Shown here piece by piece: positions 1 through 13,296 of a stretch of 64,000 bases of DNA (its first letter is position 1; each line of letters begins with the position of its first letter). Both the position numbers and the translations under genes were made by a program. The stretch lies in NCBI GenBank assembly GCA_951406725.2, contig OX597815.1, positions 86,242,001 through 86,306,000 on the forward strand. The letters are read 5' to 3'. A model generated the notes under the pieces. The model ran no database searches and had not been told where the DNA came from. It was given only the letters and a program-made list of their open reading frames with translations. The DNA comes from Octopus vulgaris (Eukaryota).

Positions 1-67
1 TTGTATTATATTACATTATATTTGTATATGTATATACATTACCGGAGTCATTCTTGTTGCTTATTTT

Positions 68-102
<35 letters not shown>

Positions 103-1080
103 ATTATATTACATTATATTTGTATATGCATCTTCTTATACCTGTGCATATATGAAGACAAGTGCATAAACGTTTGTATGTATATACATAGCCAGACAGA
201 TAAACATGCAAGAAGGCAGCCGGGCAGATAAATAGAGAGATAGATATGTATGTATGTATGTATGTATGCACACGCAGACATAGACACACTTAAAACTATC
301 TACAAAAGCACAAATAGTATTTAAAGGAACTACAAATCGAACAATAGCCTCAAATAACACAACCAAGGCAATGTGATTTACGTGTAGTGTTTAAAAGACA
401 AAAACAATGAGTAAACGAACGAGCAAGAGAGTGAGAGAGAGAGAGAAAGCGACCGACACAGAGAAACATAAAGAAAGACGGAGTTAGACAGAAATGAGAT
501 AAATAGCTAGTGAGGAAAAGAAAAAAGAGAGACTATGCGTGTAGCAATTTGTATGAGCAATGTGTAGACATTCACTACGTTCGTAGAACAATGAAACAAA
601 TGTTTGGCACCGATCCTTGTATTATTTCGCCTGGAAACCAATTTCATATAGAAGAATATTGCTCTCAATTGAAGTGTCTCTTGATTGTCTGCTATAAATA
701 ATTGTGGTTCATGTGAGAATCTTCTATATATGATGATTATCGACAATTAGACCAGTGAGATAGTTTCTCAGATTTGGTTTAATATCTAAATTTCCTGTAG
801 ATTTATAAGATTTATAATCAACTACACCCTCCACTTGATATATTTAAAAGCAAATCGTCTGTGTGCCTATCTATATAAACACACACACACACACATACTC
901 ACACACGCACACACGCACACACACTCATATACATACACACATCTATATATGTATACACACACACACATATATATATAGGTATACCATATAATATACGTAT
1001 ATACATATAAATTTTAAAATATATATGCATATACATGCATATATACATACATACATACATATATATATATGTATATATAA

Positions 1081-1124
<44 letters not shown>

Positions 1125-1134
1125 GAATATATAT

Positions 1135-1181
<47 letters not shown>

Positions 1182-1516
1182 TATATAAACATACGTGTGT
1201 ACATTTATATAATTTGTACTTATATATATTGGTACAAGTGCAAACAGATGATTCACTGAAAGACACAAACATACATGCAAGTACATATGGAAGATATACT
1301 TTAGCTACCTGTCTGGAAAAGCATCTGTCATGTTCACTATTGATCTATCTACCATTTTCACATATTGCGGTATCTATCCCCGTTTCTTTTTCTTTGCCTA
1401 CAAAGTCAATGAAGAATAAAATATAAGGGTGAAAATCAAATGATCATGTCTGCATACATGTACGTACGTATGTGCATGAATATATGTCTGAGTATATGTA
1501 TATTTATATCTTGTAT

Positions 1517-1758
1517 CTTTTACTTGTCTCAGGCATTAGACAGTAACCACGTTGGGGCTTCGCCTTAAGGTACTTTAGTTGAGCAAATCGACCCAAGTAC
1601 TTAATTTTTTTAAAGCCTGGTACTCATTCTATCGGTATCTTTTACCGAGCTGGTAAATTACGGAGACGCAAACACAGTAACGCTGGTTATCAAGCGGTGG
1701 TGAGAACAAACACAGGCACCGAAGCACAGACACACGCGCACACACACACGCACACACA

Positions 1759-1801
<43 letters not shown>

Positions 1802-1885
1802 TCACACACAAACCCATGAATACACACACATATTTATATATACACAACGGGCTTCTTTCAGTTTCCTTCGAGCAAATCCATTCAT
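1517..1885 (-). mobile_element. tRNA-derived SINE family A (CORE-like), 5'-truncated copy with internal (CA)n
   Basis: Reverse complement matches the body and tail of the 36721-37147 copy (gaaactgaaagaagcccg; ccgatagaatgagtaccaggc; acaagtaaaaga). Confidence 0.85.
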
Positions 1886-1889
1886 TAAC

Positions 1890-2245
1890 TATCCATTTGT
1901 AATAATAAAATATGAACTCCTATCGGAATCTACATACCATGGACAAAATGCATTTATACCCATTCTAGCACTTTCTTTGGATAGTGGAACTGCAACTGTA
2001 ACATCCTACATATATATTTTAACTTTTATCTTTATTCTCTTTTTTCCCTTTACACTTCCTATATACCATCCTTTTCCAAAATAACTCCTTATATTGAACT
2101 CTACTATTTCCTTCTAGGTTATTCTCTCATATCGTGCTCTGCTGAAGGAATATCCCTAATATCACAGAAACAGCTGTAAGACTACTTTTCTCTTTATAAA
2201 TGTCATAAATTCCACTCAGCCCTGGCTTTGTTGTCTCATCTTATT

Positions 2246-2250
<5 letters not shown>
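1890..2250 (+). mobile_element. Penelope-like element terminal (pLTR) fragment with degenerate hammerhead
   Basis: Contains ctgctga...gaaacagctgtaagac at 2139-2182. Similar to the repeat at 25725-26080, 52320-52680 and 56923-57467. Ends at (CA)n/(TA)n. Confidence 0.55.
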
Positions 2251-2336
<86 letters not shown>

Positions 2337-2587
2337 TATATAAAGAACATTGTTACTCATGAGAGATAACAATGTTAGTGGCCGCAAGCTTCAAACCGTG
2401 TAGGCAAAATTATTAGAATATATAAAAACGGCATTAAGAAGCACCAATTTTGCTAAAAATAGGAGTCAAAATTACTCCAACGCCACAAGAATTAACACTA
2501 AATTTTTACAGGAAATGTTAGAAAATCTTTTACAGGAACGGTTAGTAAATATGTGAATAAGGATTGCGTCATACCTCTGGAAAACTG

Positions 2588-2642
<55 letters not shown>

Positions 2643-3000
2643 CAAACACACAAACACGGGTTTAATTATCACTGAGTATATGTGTTTCTCTTTGCCTGTC
2701 TGTATGTAAGGATGCATGCGAACGGTGGTAAGATGTCTATGATATGTATATATTAACGTATATATGTAAGTACGATGTATATATGAATTTACTTGTGTAT
2801 TATCGAACCTGAAACCATGTGGATGAGAAGCGAATGTTTACACTGCACAACTATGTGTATTGTAAAACTTCGTAATTTGTTTTATTGTCTGCCAATTGAC
2901 GCATTTACTATTTGATAGCTGACCGCGAATGATTATTTCAACCCTAAATATCACTGTATCTCAAACCTATGATTGAAACTGCGATCATGGGTATATATAA

Positions 3001-3390
3001 GCGCAGGCGTGGTAGTGTAGTAAGAGGTTTGCTTTTCAATCGCATCGTCCCAGGTTTAGTCCCATTCTGGACACCTCTGGCGACCAGAACCTAGCCTTGT
3101 GAGTGGATATATGAGCATTCCAAGTGGTAGACGGAAATTGAAAAGAAACCCATCGCGTGTGTTTATATATAGATGTGCGTATGTGTATGTATGTGTGTGT
3201 GTGTGTATCTTTGTGTATGTGATTGTCACCATTATCGCTTGACAATCGGATATTATGCGTTTACGTCACATAAATTAGCGGTTCGGAAAAGAAATCGATA
3301 GAATAATTAGCAAGCTTTAGAAAATCTAATTACTGGGAACGATTCAATCGACAGCATGGCCACTGTCTAATAATTGAAACAAGTAAAAGA
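3001..3390 (+). mobile_element. SINE family A, near full length, diverged
   Basis: tRNA-like head gcgcaggcgtggtagtgtagtaag, body ccttgtgagtggat...gtagacggaaattgaaagaa, tail cagcatggccac...gaaacaagtaaaaga. Confidence 0.85.
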
Positions 3391-3860
3391 TTACAGATGA
3401 AAAGATATGCAACGACAAGTTTGAGTGGTAAAAGAGAGTGACATGACCTGAGCAATAAATACAAATCTACATTTTGCCACTTCGTATTTTGTACTTTATA
3501 AACTTTAAAGTACTTTATAAACTTTAAAGTACATATAAATGTGTATCTGAGCGTGCGCGTAAGTATGTATCTATGAATACATAATATGTACGTAGACACA
3601 CACACACATACACACACACACACACACTCACACACGCACACAGAGGTATGTATATACGTATGTATAGATTGTTGGAAGTGGTGCACAGTTTTACATATTA
3701 AGAAAATGAGGTAGTGAGGATTTGGAGAAAAACTATTCATTCAACGCTTTCGTCTCTTTGAGTAGTTCAACATGAATGAGTGTGTTTGTATATATAAACT
3801 CATATATATATAAATATATATATATGTATCTCTCTCTCTTTCTCTCACTCTCTCTCTCTT

Positions 3861-4117
<257 letters not shown>

Positions 4118-4118
<1 letters not shown>

Positions 4119-4197
4119 CCTTTCCTGAGCGTCCAATAACACTATACTTGTTCCACGTCCTCGCGTTGTTGTGTCTTCTCTTTGTTCAGGTTTGGAT

Positions 4198-4203
<6 letters not shown>
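4118..4203 (+). mobile_element. Related PLE terminal fragment between (TA)n tracts
   Basis: Starts tttcctgagcg, as does the PLE 3' end near 36248; flanked by (TA)n on both sides. Confidence 0.5.
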
Positions 4204-4249
<46 letters not shown>

Positions 4250-4250
<1 letters not shown>

Positions 4251-4470
4251 CTAAGTTACGGGGTTATAAACACACCAACACTAGCTGTCAAGAGTTAGTT
4301 GGCGCACAACAAATACAGACACAAATACACACACACACACACACACTCGACATGCCTTCCAGTTTCCGTCTACCAATTTCAATCACAAAACTGGTTGGTT
4401 CGAGGCCAACAATACACTTAGCCAACGTGCCACGCAGTGGGACTGAACACCGAACCATACAGCCAGGCAT
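4250..4470 (-). mobile_element. SINE family A, internal fragment
   Basis: cagtttccgtctacc...ccacgcagtgggactgaac is the reverse complement of the family A head and body. Confidence 0.8.
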
Positions 4471-4571
4471 GTACATCGTACATATATACAATCATACACA
4501 CATACATACACACAGACAGTTAGATACAAAATTACAAAGCCTGAAACTCATATAAAACTATACATATATTA

Positions 4572-4932
4572 TTTTATTTTACTTTTTATTTGTTTCAGTT
4601 GACTGAAATCGACCCCACGACTTATTCTTTGTAAGCCTAGTACTTATTCTATCGGTTCTTCTACCGAACCTCTAAGTTACGGAGACGTGATCACACCAAT
4701 ATCGGTTGTGAAGCGATGGTGGTTAGGGACAAACACACACACACACACACATTATATATATATATACGACTGGCTTCTTTCAGTTTCCGTCTACCATATC
4801 CACTCACAAGGCTTTGGTTGGCCCGGGGCTATAGTAGAAGGCACTTGCTCAAGTTGTCACGCAGTGCGACTGAAGCTGAAACCGTATAATTGGTAAGCAA
4901 GCTACTTACCACACAGCCACTCTTGCGCCTAT
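4572..4932 (-). mobile_element. SINE family A, near full length
   Basis: Reverse complement starts aggcgcaagagtggctgtgtggtaagtagcttgc; collinear with 36721-37147. Confidence 0.9.
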
Positions 4933-7207
4933 CCATACAGCCACTCTTGTGCTTATTACGTATATATTACGTATGTATTTTGTATGTTTATCATAAAAGC
5001 AGAAAGGCATAAACTTTACATAGAGTTCATTCTTTAATAGAGCAAAGGAGTTTATCTTGAATTACTTATTGCTTTAAAAGTGAGAATGCAGTTTGATAAG
5101 GCCATGAGTTTAGTAACAGCAGGAGAAAATTAAAATATCGGTATCTAAGAATTTACACCCAGCTCACAAAACTTCATGTAATATATAACTTTAAAATCTA
5201 GTGTATAATATATTCATCATATAGTCTATAAGAATTGATACTGCCTTAAAGAAGAAAAATAAGTTATAGCTCAGTAAATGGTTTAGAAACCTTATATCTA
5301 TGTGTAAAATGTTTAAAACCCATTTTCGTTTACTGAAGATATAAAACCACAGAAGCAGTATTAATGCTATAAGGTAGAATTTATCACAACTTAAACGAAC
5401 TCACTAATACTGCTATAAATATCACGAGAGAATTTTTCATGTGTTTCTGGGGCATATAAGCTCTACTTGTTTACGTCACTTGAGTGAGACAATCACCGCC
5501 ACTTCCGCTGCCAGGACTGGCAGATTATGTGCTTTCGGGCTTCTTTGGCCTTGTCAGTGGTAGATACCGACTGCTTGCGATGTACATAGCGATGTAAGTA
5601 CGAGTAACCGTTTCCCTAGCGATGTGCATAGAATCACAGAGCCCAATCTGTCATTGGTGTTGCTAAAAGTCAGCGGGCATATTAAAAAATAATTAAAGCG
5701 AAAGTAACTGTTAAAAATTGAAAAGGACGTATATAATGCCGCTTCCAATATAACCCATCTTTCACATTCATAAATTATAATATCGGTGGCATTAGCAATA
5801 TCGCTTGTATTCAAAAGGCATAACATCACTTTCAGATATTTGCAATGTTTGTGCGGTTTTGCAAGTTTATTTTCGATAATTATGTATTTAGTTTTGAAAA
5901 GTGATGCGAAATCCTATTTTCAATATTTTTTCCTCTTTAGAAAGAGTAGCAAGAATCTATTCTGAGAATACTATACAGAAATAAGTAAAATTTTACGTAA
6001 ATCATGCGCTAGCATACAGGACGTTGTTTTGATCACAGAGTATCACATATATTAACCTACTGGAATAGCATATTTGAAGCTCAAAGTTTTGTCCGTAAAA
6101 TTTATATCATTGGTAGCAAACGGATACGTTGAGTTTTAATATCAGAATATTTGATATGGAGTAATAAAATTAGTTTTAATGAGCTAGCTTGTGCATTATA
6201 TTTAGCTACTCATCATAGTAGCACAATATATCTATTTACAGTCTCTAGGTTAAACTAATAAATTACATGTGGAAATAACTATACAAAGCTAAGTTTCATC
6301 AAAGTCATTAACATGAAAGTTTCCGTGAGAGTGTAAACTTTTCTGGGAATTATTCTTGTAAAGTTATATATGATTTGAACTATATGACGACATATTAGTT
6401 TCTTGAGTAATCTACAGCATAGATTACTCATAGAAACAGGAATGAACGATTGAAAATGCCTTTAATCTTGAGTACTATTTTTATTAAAGTGACGATTTAA
6501 TACATCCCAAAACTATCTATAATTACACTTATGAGATATTTTTTATCAAACAGACAAGTTCATGCATCAGGAAGAAATTCAGTTCAATATAAAATGCTTA
6601 AACGTGTAGATATTTATATATATATATATATCTATTATACTCTTCTATCATTTATAATTTATTGCACGAGAATAAAATTGCCGGAAAGCCAAAACACATC
6701 AATCATTGTTATATACTAAAAGGATTCCAAGCAACTGTTTGCTGACCCCTGACCAAACCAATAGGTCAGCACTGGAATCAGTGATTAGATTAATTTGTCG
6801 ACAAATCTTCACAGCTAATAAACTTAACAAGTTATTCTCGGGTGTGTTTCATTTGTTTTCGAGCAAGATAATACTTGTGCGATGGTGATATCAATACGAA
6901 TGAGATGATTAACTACACTTGGATATTATCGAATCGTACTAAACCAGCCGGCATCAAGGCGTCCGCTGATTTGATGACATAGTTACACTAACAATAGCTT
7001 CTCGGTTGGATATGCTCCAGGATGTGATTAAATTACACAATTACTCACAATTATGAAGCATTGATAGATATGCATAGCAATGAGAGAAGCCGGCGTTGTC
7101 ACACTTAGACTTCATACATAGATACATACGCACGCATACATACACACACGCGCACAAACAAACAATTATACGCATACACACATATACATATACATACATA
7201 CATACAT

Positions 7208-7259
<52 letters not shown>

Positions 7260-7274
7260 ATGTATGTATGTATA

Positions 7275-7306
<32 letters not shown>

Positions 7307-7331
7307 CATAGACACTTGTTCATGTATATAT

Positions 7332-8420
7332 AATCCTTAAATCCTTAAAAATGTTTCAGCCCGATGGCTGCGGCCATGCTGGGGCACCACAGTTGAATGA
7401 GTTACACTAGTATGTGAAACCACCTCTGATACGTGGCATGTGATCAACAAGAGAGTTCGATGCCGCTGCCCGCATCTGTGTTTCCTGCCGACAGGTAGGT
7501 TCATCTGGGAGCCCTGACAAGAAGAGATCCAGTTTAGTTTTAAAGAAACCCACATCCACACCATGCAGATCTCTCAGGGATTTAGGAAGGATATTAAAGA
7601 GCTGTGGTCCTCTGAAACCCAAGCTGCTGCAGTATCTGGTCCTGTATTTTGATGGTGATGTTGGGATCTTTGGCACCATGCAGTGGGGCTCCGTTCTGCT
7701 GTTGGGGTAAGTTTGAATGCCAAAGTTTGGGACAAGACCTTCCAAGATTTTCCAGATGTATATCACTGCATATCTCTCTCGCCTTCGCTCCAGGGAGAAG
7801 AGTTTTAATACTTTCAGTCTTCCCCAGTAGCTGAAATGTTGCATTGAGACTATCTTATTAGTGTAGCTTCGTTGAATTGCTTCGAGTTCTGCTGTTAACT
7901 TTATAATGTGTGGTGACCATAGTTGGGAGCAGTAGTCCAAGTGGCTGAGGACGAATGTCTTCCAAAGGACCATCAGTGTCTCCTTCTCTCCTCCTCTGAA
8001 AGTTCGGAGAATCCATCCAGCTAGTCGTCTGCATTTTATTACCAAATTGGCAATATGCACTTGGAAAGATGCATCATTGCTCATGTCAATGCCCAGGACA
8101 CGCACTGATTTTGACTCAGGAATTACAATTCTTCCCGGGCCAGTGAATCCGGTCTGCCTGTCGTTTACCTTTGTAAACGACATGCAGGGCCTGGAACTTC
8201 CCTGCATTAAACTGCATGTTGTTGTTCTCAGCCCACCTGTATATTGTATCCAATTGCCGTTGAAGATGTGAAATATTTCCAGGGTTTTGTATTGTGTGGG
8301 AGACTTTTGTGTCATCTGCATAGCTAGCAAGGGTGTCCATCTTAGCAACTGAGGGCATGTCTGAAAGGGCCACTATGAATAGCAGTGGCCCCAAGACAGT
8401 GCCCTGTGGAACCGGTTCCA
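7332..8420 (-). mobile_element. 5'-truncated CR1-group LINE (RT C-terminal half plus 3' UTR), one frameshift
   Basis: PQGTVLGPLLF...SYADDTK...MQFNAGKFQ in the 8116-8526 frame continues as VRVLGIDMS...LSHLDYCSQLWSPH...LEAIQR...LFSLERRRER in the 7407-8348 frame. 3' UTR stem-loop and (taaggatt)2 tail; flanked by (TA)n. Confidence 0.92.
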
Positions 8421-8422
8421 TA

Positions 8423-8469
<47 letters not shown>

Positions 8470-8472
<3 letters not shown>

Positions 8473-8678
8473 AGAGTAAGCACATACATGCAAATCAAGG
8501 TAGTAAATATAGGACTCGAATACCAAAAGTAGAGTGATATGCTTTATTAAAAAGCAGCAAAAATATAACGAAAACTGTTTCTCAGAGCTTCACGTTTCCG
8601 TTCGTCGGACATCCGGCGAACTGGAAGGAGGTGTAACTCTGCGTAACAGATTTTATATTTTTGGTGCCTTTTAATAAG

Positions 8679-8680
<2 letters not shown>
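8470..8680. mobile_element. PLE-type terminal repeat in inverted arrangement with degenerate hammerhead
   Basis: Minus strand 8575-8612 reads tgt-ccgacga-acggaaacgt-gaag-ctctgag-aa-aca; 8612-8680 is a diverged inverted copy of 8545-8612. Confidence 0.55.
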
Positions 8681-8766
<86 letters not shown>

Positions 8767-8798
8767 CTTATTATACATGAAAGATGGGCATAATAAGA

Positions 8799-8940
8799 CG
8801 CTAGAAGAAATAGATAAAATCAAAACGACTATTAGGGATAATTTCAAAGGGAATGAAAAATAAACATTTAGTTTTTATTTTTCATTCCCTTTCGAAATTA
8901 TCCCTAATAGTGGTTTGGATTTTAACAACTCCTTCTAGCG
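8799..8940. repeat. Foldback inverted repeat, about 65-70 bp arms
   Basis: cgctagaag...actattagggataatttcaaagggaatgaaaaataaa versus tttatttttcattccctttcgaaattatccctaatagt...cttctagcg. Confidence 0.9.
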
Positions 8941-9093
8941 GGTTAGATGTGCTATTATGACCATCTCTTATGCGTTTAAATGTGAACTGTATTTATATGA
9001 ATAGGATAAAGTCTATTGACTAGTTTTGTTCTTCACGCTAGACCACTGGTAGCAAAAATATTTTGAAATAACTTTTTGCTACCCTGGAATTTA

Positions 9094-9149
<56 letters not shown>

Positions 9150-9291
9150 AGTAAATAATTTCTTCGATGGTTTTTCAAAAAAACCAACAATTATTTACTG
9201 GTAGATTACGGTATGTAAATATAACCAGTAGTGGCAGGAACTTCTGTGAAGTTCAGTATATATATATATATATACATACATATATATATAC

Positions 9292-9322
<31 letters not shown>

Positions 9323-9332
9323 TATATATATA

Positions 9333-10212
9333 AAGCTACAAACAACCGAAATCACTAAAGAAGATCCTCACAAAGGCAAAATCATTTTCTGACATAACGG
9401 ATGCAAAAGTAAAAAAATGTGGCAGATCAAATTGCGCAACATGTCCAAACTTTCTAGAAGGATCAATGGGGGACAAAAATTCAAAATAAAATCTAGTTTT
9501 ACTTGTGCTTCAGAAAACCTAATTTATGTCATAAGATGCTCGGTCTTCCACCAAAACTACATAGGGGCCACAAGATTGTCGCTGAGACGCATATGCACTC
9601 TGCATTGACAACAGATTGCATTCCCAGAATACAGAATGATACTCTTTAGTGAACATATTGAGAAATGCGCAAAGCAGCTACTACCACAACTTATAATCTT
9701 TCCATTTTATCAATGAGCTATTGGAACACCAACACAAGTTAGATTAAACAGGGAAACCTTCTTCATTGAAATATATAAGCCAAAACGTAACCATTTCTAA
9801 CATTTTTAAATAAGGAAACTCACTTTATTGAAAAAAATATAAAGCAAAACCCAACCACATTCTATTCCTTCTAAGCTAAATAGTGTTTAATTAGTCATTC
9901 CCAACATGTTTGATTATCTCCCTTATACCGGAAAAAATTCCCTGATTACCTTCCCCTGCCTTGAACTCCATATTTCCCAACATAGCGAAGACATGACACG
10001 ATGTTGGTAAAGAAATTTGAGAAATTTGAAAAGAAAATACGAAAGCGGTTTTTTCTCCAAAAACTATGACACTATACACAAAATTTTCTAACATTTTTCT
10101 AACATAACAACTTAAATATATTCTTTAACCATATAACACAAACCTTCTGTAATTTTTTCACTTTCTTAATTTTTTTATACACCCAACCACGTACTTTCAC
10201 ATACCAACTCTC
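9333..10212 (+). mobile_element. Degenerate Neptune-type PLE: Zn-linker and GIY-YIG endonuclease plus 3' region
   Basis: YKQPKSLKKILTKAK...KCGRSNCATCPNF...FTCASENLIYVIRC...NYIGAT...RETFFIEIYKP with stops and frameshifts; begins at a (TA)n/(CA)n tract. Confidence 0.85.
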
Positions 10213-10217
10213 TCACC

Positions 10218-10269
<52 letters not shown>

Positions 10270-11172
10270 TGTATATATGTATGTATTTATATATATATAT
10301 GTATGTATTTGTATGTGTGTGTATGTTTGTATGTATGTACATATATACAAACAGGATACACGCACACACACACACACACACACATGCAAAAGGCAATAAA
10401 TATTCACAAGAAGAGCAGAATTTGATAAATATGGTATCAGTTTAATGATTCAGACACGGAAAAAGAAAAACAATGTTTTAGTATTACAGACATTATTGCT
10501 TTCAAAGAGGACAGCAAAAAGAAATATGGGAGTGTTTAAAGAAAACAATACATTGGGTAATTTTAAAAAAGACAAGTAATGAACTCACTACTTTTCATGT
10601 TGTCTCATATTTTCTATGCTTCACATTTTTTCTGTTAATTCTGATGGACTAACGTGTGAAAGGTAAAGACGCCCTCTAATTCCTCCGAAGTGGAAATCTG
10701 ATACGATGTTTGTCAAATTTTGTTCATTCATTGTTGCTCATTTTCTCAAAAACTTTTACTTATTGCTTTTATACCATATGGGTAAAGATTACACGGACTT
10801 ACTCTCTATTTGATCTCGCAACTCTAACTTTGTTCATTATCAATCAGAAATCTTTTTACTGCTCTTTACGTGTTCACACACCTAATATATACAAACACAC
10901 ATACACACATACATACACACAAAAACACACACACACGCGCGTGCGCGCACACACGCACACATACAAACACACATCAATGTTTGTATATTCAGTTTTACAA
11001 TAATCCGATCGATTACTATATACGCTTGTAGAGTACAAGTATATTGTTTTTGGAAAAAAATAATGTTGCGAGCGACTACGAATTTTCTACACACACATAT
11101 AAATGTGTGTGTGTGTGTGTATGGTGTATGTAGGTACGATAGATTGACAGATCGGTAGATAGATATAGATAA

Positions 11173-11223
<51 letters not shown>

Positions 11224-12289
11224 GCCTAAGAATGGGTCTTAAGATATGTTGAACTGTTAAGTCGACAGTTTTAAAGACTTTTAACTAAGTTTATGGCAAT
11301 ATTCTCTGACGGCGTTATGATGTTTCAAATGTGTATTGGATTTCTGCTGTGAAATATTGTTTCATGTTACATGTAGCTGAATTACATATTTCGTGGATCG
11401 AATATTAATTTACTGACTACATGTAATTATTAAAAGATTTAAATGATTCTTCCTTCCCTTTAGGTCCACAGGGATGTTACAACATCCTAATTAAATTATT
11501 CACTCCGAATTATGTTGAGAACGTATAAATGCAATAACTTACTTAGGTGAATACAGCACTGTAGGAAGAATCTAAATCGATTGTCTGCTTCCGCAGTTAA
11601 TTTCAGTAACTCCGTTTCAGTTCCCCCTATACAATCATACATTTAACCACATTATATTACTCAGAGCTGACCTTTCATGTTCTCTAGGAAACACATTTCA
11701 TGCTGCAAGGTTTACAAATCAGAGGTCTGATACGTATATTAAGAGCTGATCGCTTTATATGAACGTTTAAAAACACTTACTATATCTTAATATCAACGAC
11801 AACATTTGGTGATTTATCTAATATATTTTAATATTCTCCAATAGAGAACAACCAGCATTCTGCCCTGACATTAGGAAATTTTATTTTGCTTTAACATATT
11901 AAATCGCATTTGTACAGTAGACAAATCTTAGATCTCAGTATGCACTAGTGATTGTGTAAAGTGATATGATTATTTTAATGTCCTGCAACTCAGTTTGACG
12001 ATATATTATTCCTGTTTAATTTTATATAATGAATCACAGGCAGAAAATATTTAGATACAGTTAGCCAAGGCCCGATTGGATCAATTGCGCTGTACTGAAC
12101 AACGAGAAATAAAGTTCCTTGGTTTGAAAATAAATTAAAATAATATTGAAACATACGCAGTGATTATAATTGCGATATTTCTTGTTTAATAAATAACTTA
12201 CCCAAACATCTCTCATGGTTCTCACAAAGACATAATTGGGATCATGTTCCTGCAAAATTATGTCTTTATTGAATTGAATGTTATTCTTG

Positions 12290-13005
12290 GTGCAAATATG
12301 TATTGCAGTATTATGCACTTTGGAGTTTCATAGTTTTTCGACAATTTGTAACAAAAGAAGTTGGAATGCAAGACGTAGTATGAGCACAATAACACACAGA
12401 ATGGCGGGATCGGAAACCTGGAAATCATTGTGTGATTTCCCAATCCAAACAGCATCATATGTGCTATATAGTTGATATTGCGTGCCCCTTTGACCAACGA
12501 ATAGTCAAGAAGGAAGGCAAAAAAAAGGGATGTATACAGACCTCGTAAGTAGGAAATAACCCAGTTATGGTAAGTGAAGGAGGTGCAGATAATGCCGGCA
12601 TCAAAAGGAGTATGGAGGAAATCGGAATTGAATGCCCAGTTCAACTGTTACAAAAGGTTCGCCTCCTGTGCACAGCCAGGAAATAGCCTGGATATGATAA
12701 ATGTAGAAGGTATATAAATATGACGGAAATCGGATTAGAATGCCCAGTATAACTGTTACAAAAGGTTCGCCTCCTGTGCACGGCCAGGAAATAGCCTGGC
12801 GATGGTAATTGTAAAAGGTATATAATTATGACGGAAATCGGAATAGAATGTCCAGTATAACTGTTACAAAAGTTCCGCCTCTTGTGCACGGCGAAAATAG
12901 CTGGGAAATTAGATAGATGAAAAGAATAGCATGATACCATAGGCCACAGGTAGCAACTCGCTACGCATGCAAAACTCTAGGAGTTTCAACATAATGATAA
13001 TGATA
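12290..13005 (+). mobile_element. R4/Dong-type RLE LINE 3' end with triplicated C-terminus
   Basis: KSLCDFPIQT...CYIVDIACPFDQRIVKKEG...EEIGIECPVQLLQKVRLLCTARK resembles the restriction-like endonuclease C-terminus; tail ends in taatgataa. Confidence 0.75.
12618..12905 (+). repeat. About 108-bp tandem repeat, about 2.7 copies
   Basis: gaaatcgga...gaatgcccagt...aactgttacaaaaggttcgcctcctgtgcac recurs near 12619, 12726 and 12834. Confidence 0.92.
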
Positions 13006-13014
13006 AAGATGACT

Positions 13015-13200
13015 ACAAATTTTGGCACAATGTCAGGAATTTCGAGGGCGTGGTTAAGTCGATTACTTTGACCCCATTGCTCAAGTAGTATTGCTTTTAC
13101 AGCCCCGAAAGGGATTCAAGGCTAAGTCGACCTCGGCAAGATTTAGAATCAGAACATTTAGTCGAAAGTGTACCCACGCGATAACGATTCTACCAGTCCA
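13015..13200 (-). mobile_element. SINE family B (Meta-domain-like), diverged
   Basis: ccccgaaagggattcaaggctaagtcgacctcggcaagatttagaatcagaac matches 30975-31188. Confidence 0.75.
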
Positions 13201-13211
13201 CAACCTTAATC

Positions 13212-13242
<31 letters not shown>

Positions 13243-13244
13243 TG

Positions 13245-13296
<52 letters not shown>

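Noticed and set aside
12618-12905. Repeat-spacer-like array (CRISPR?)
   Set aside because: Whole 108-bp units are homologous with no unique spacers, no cas genes are present, the context is eukaryotic, and the unit translates as a LINE C-terminus.
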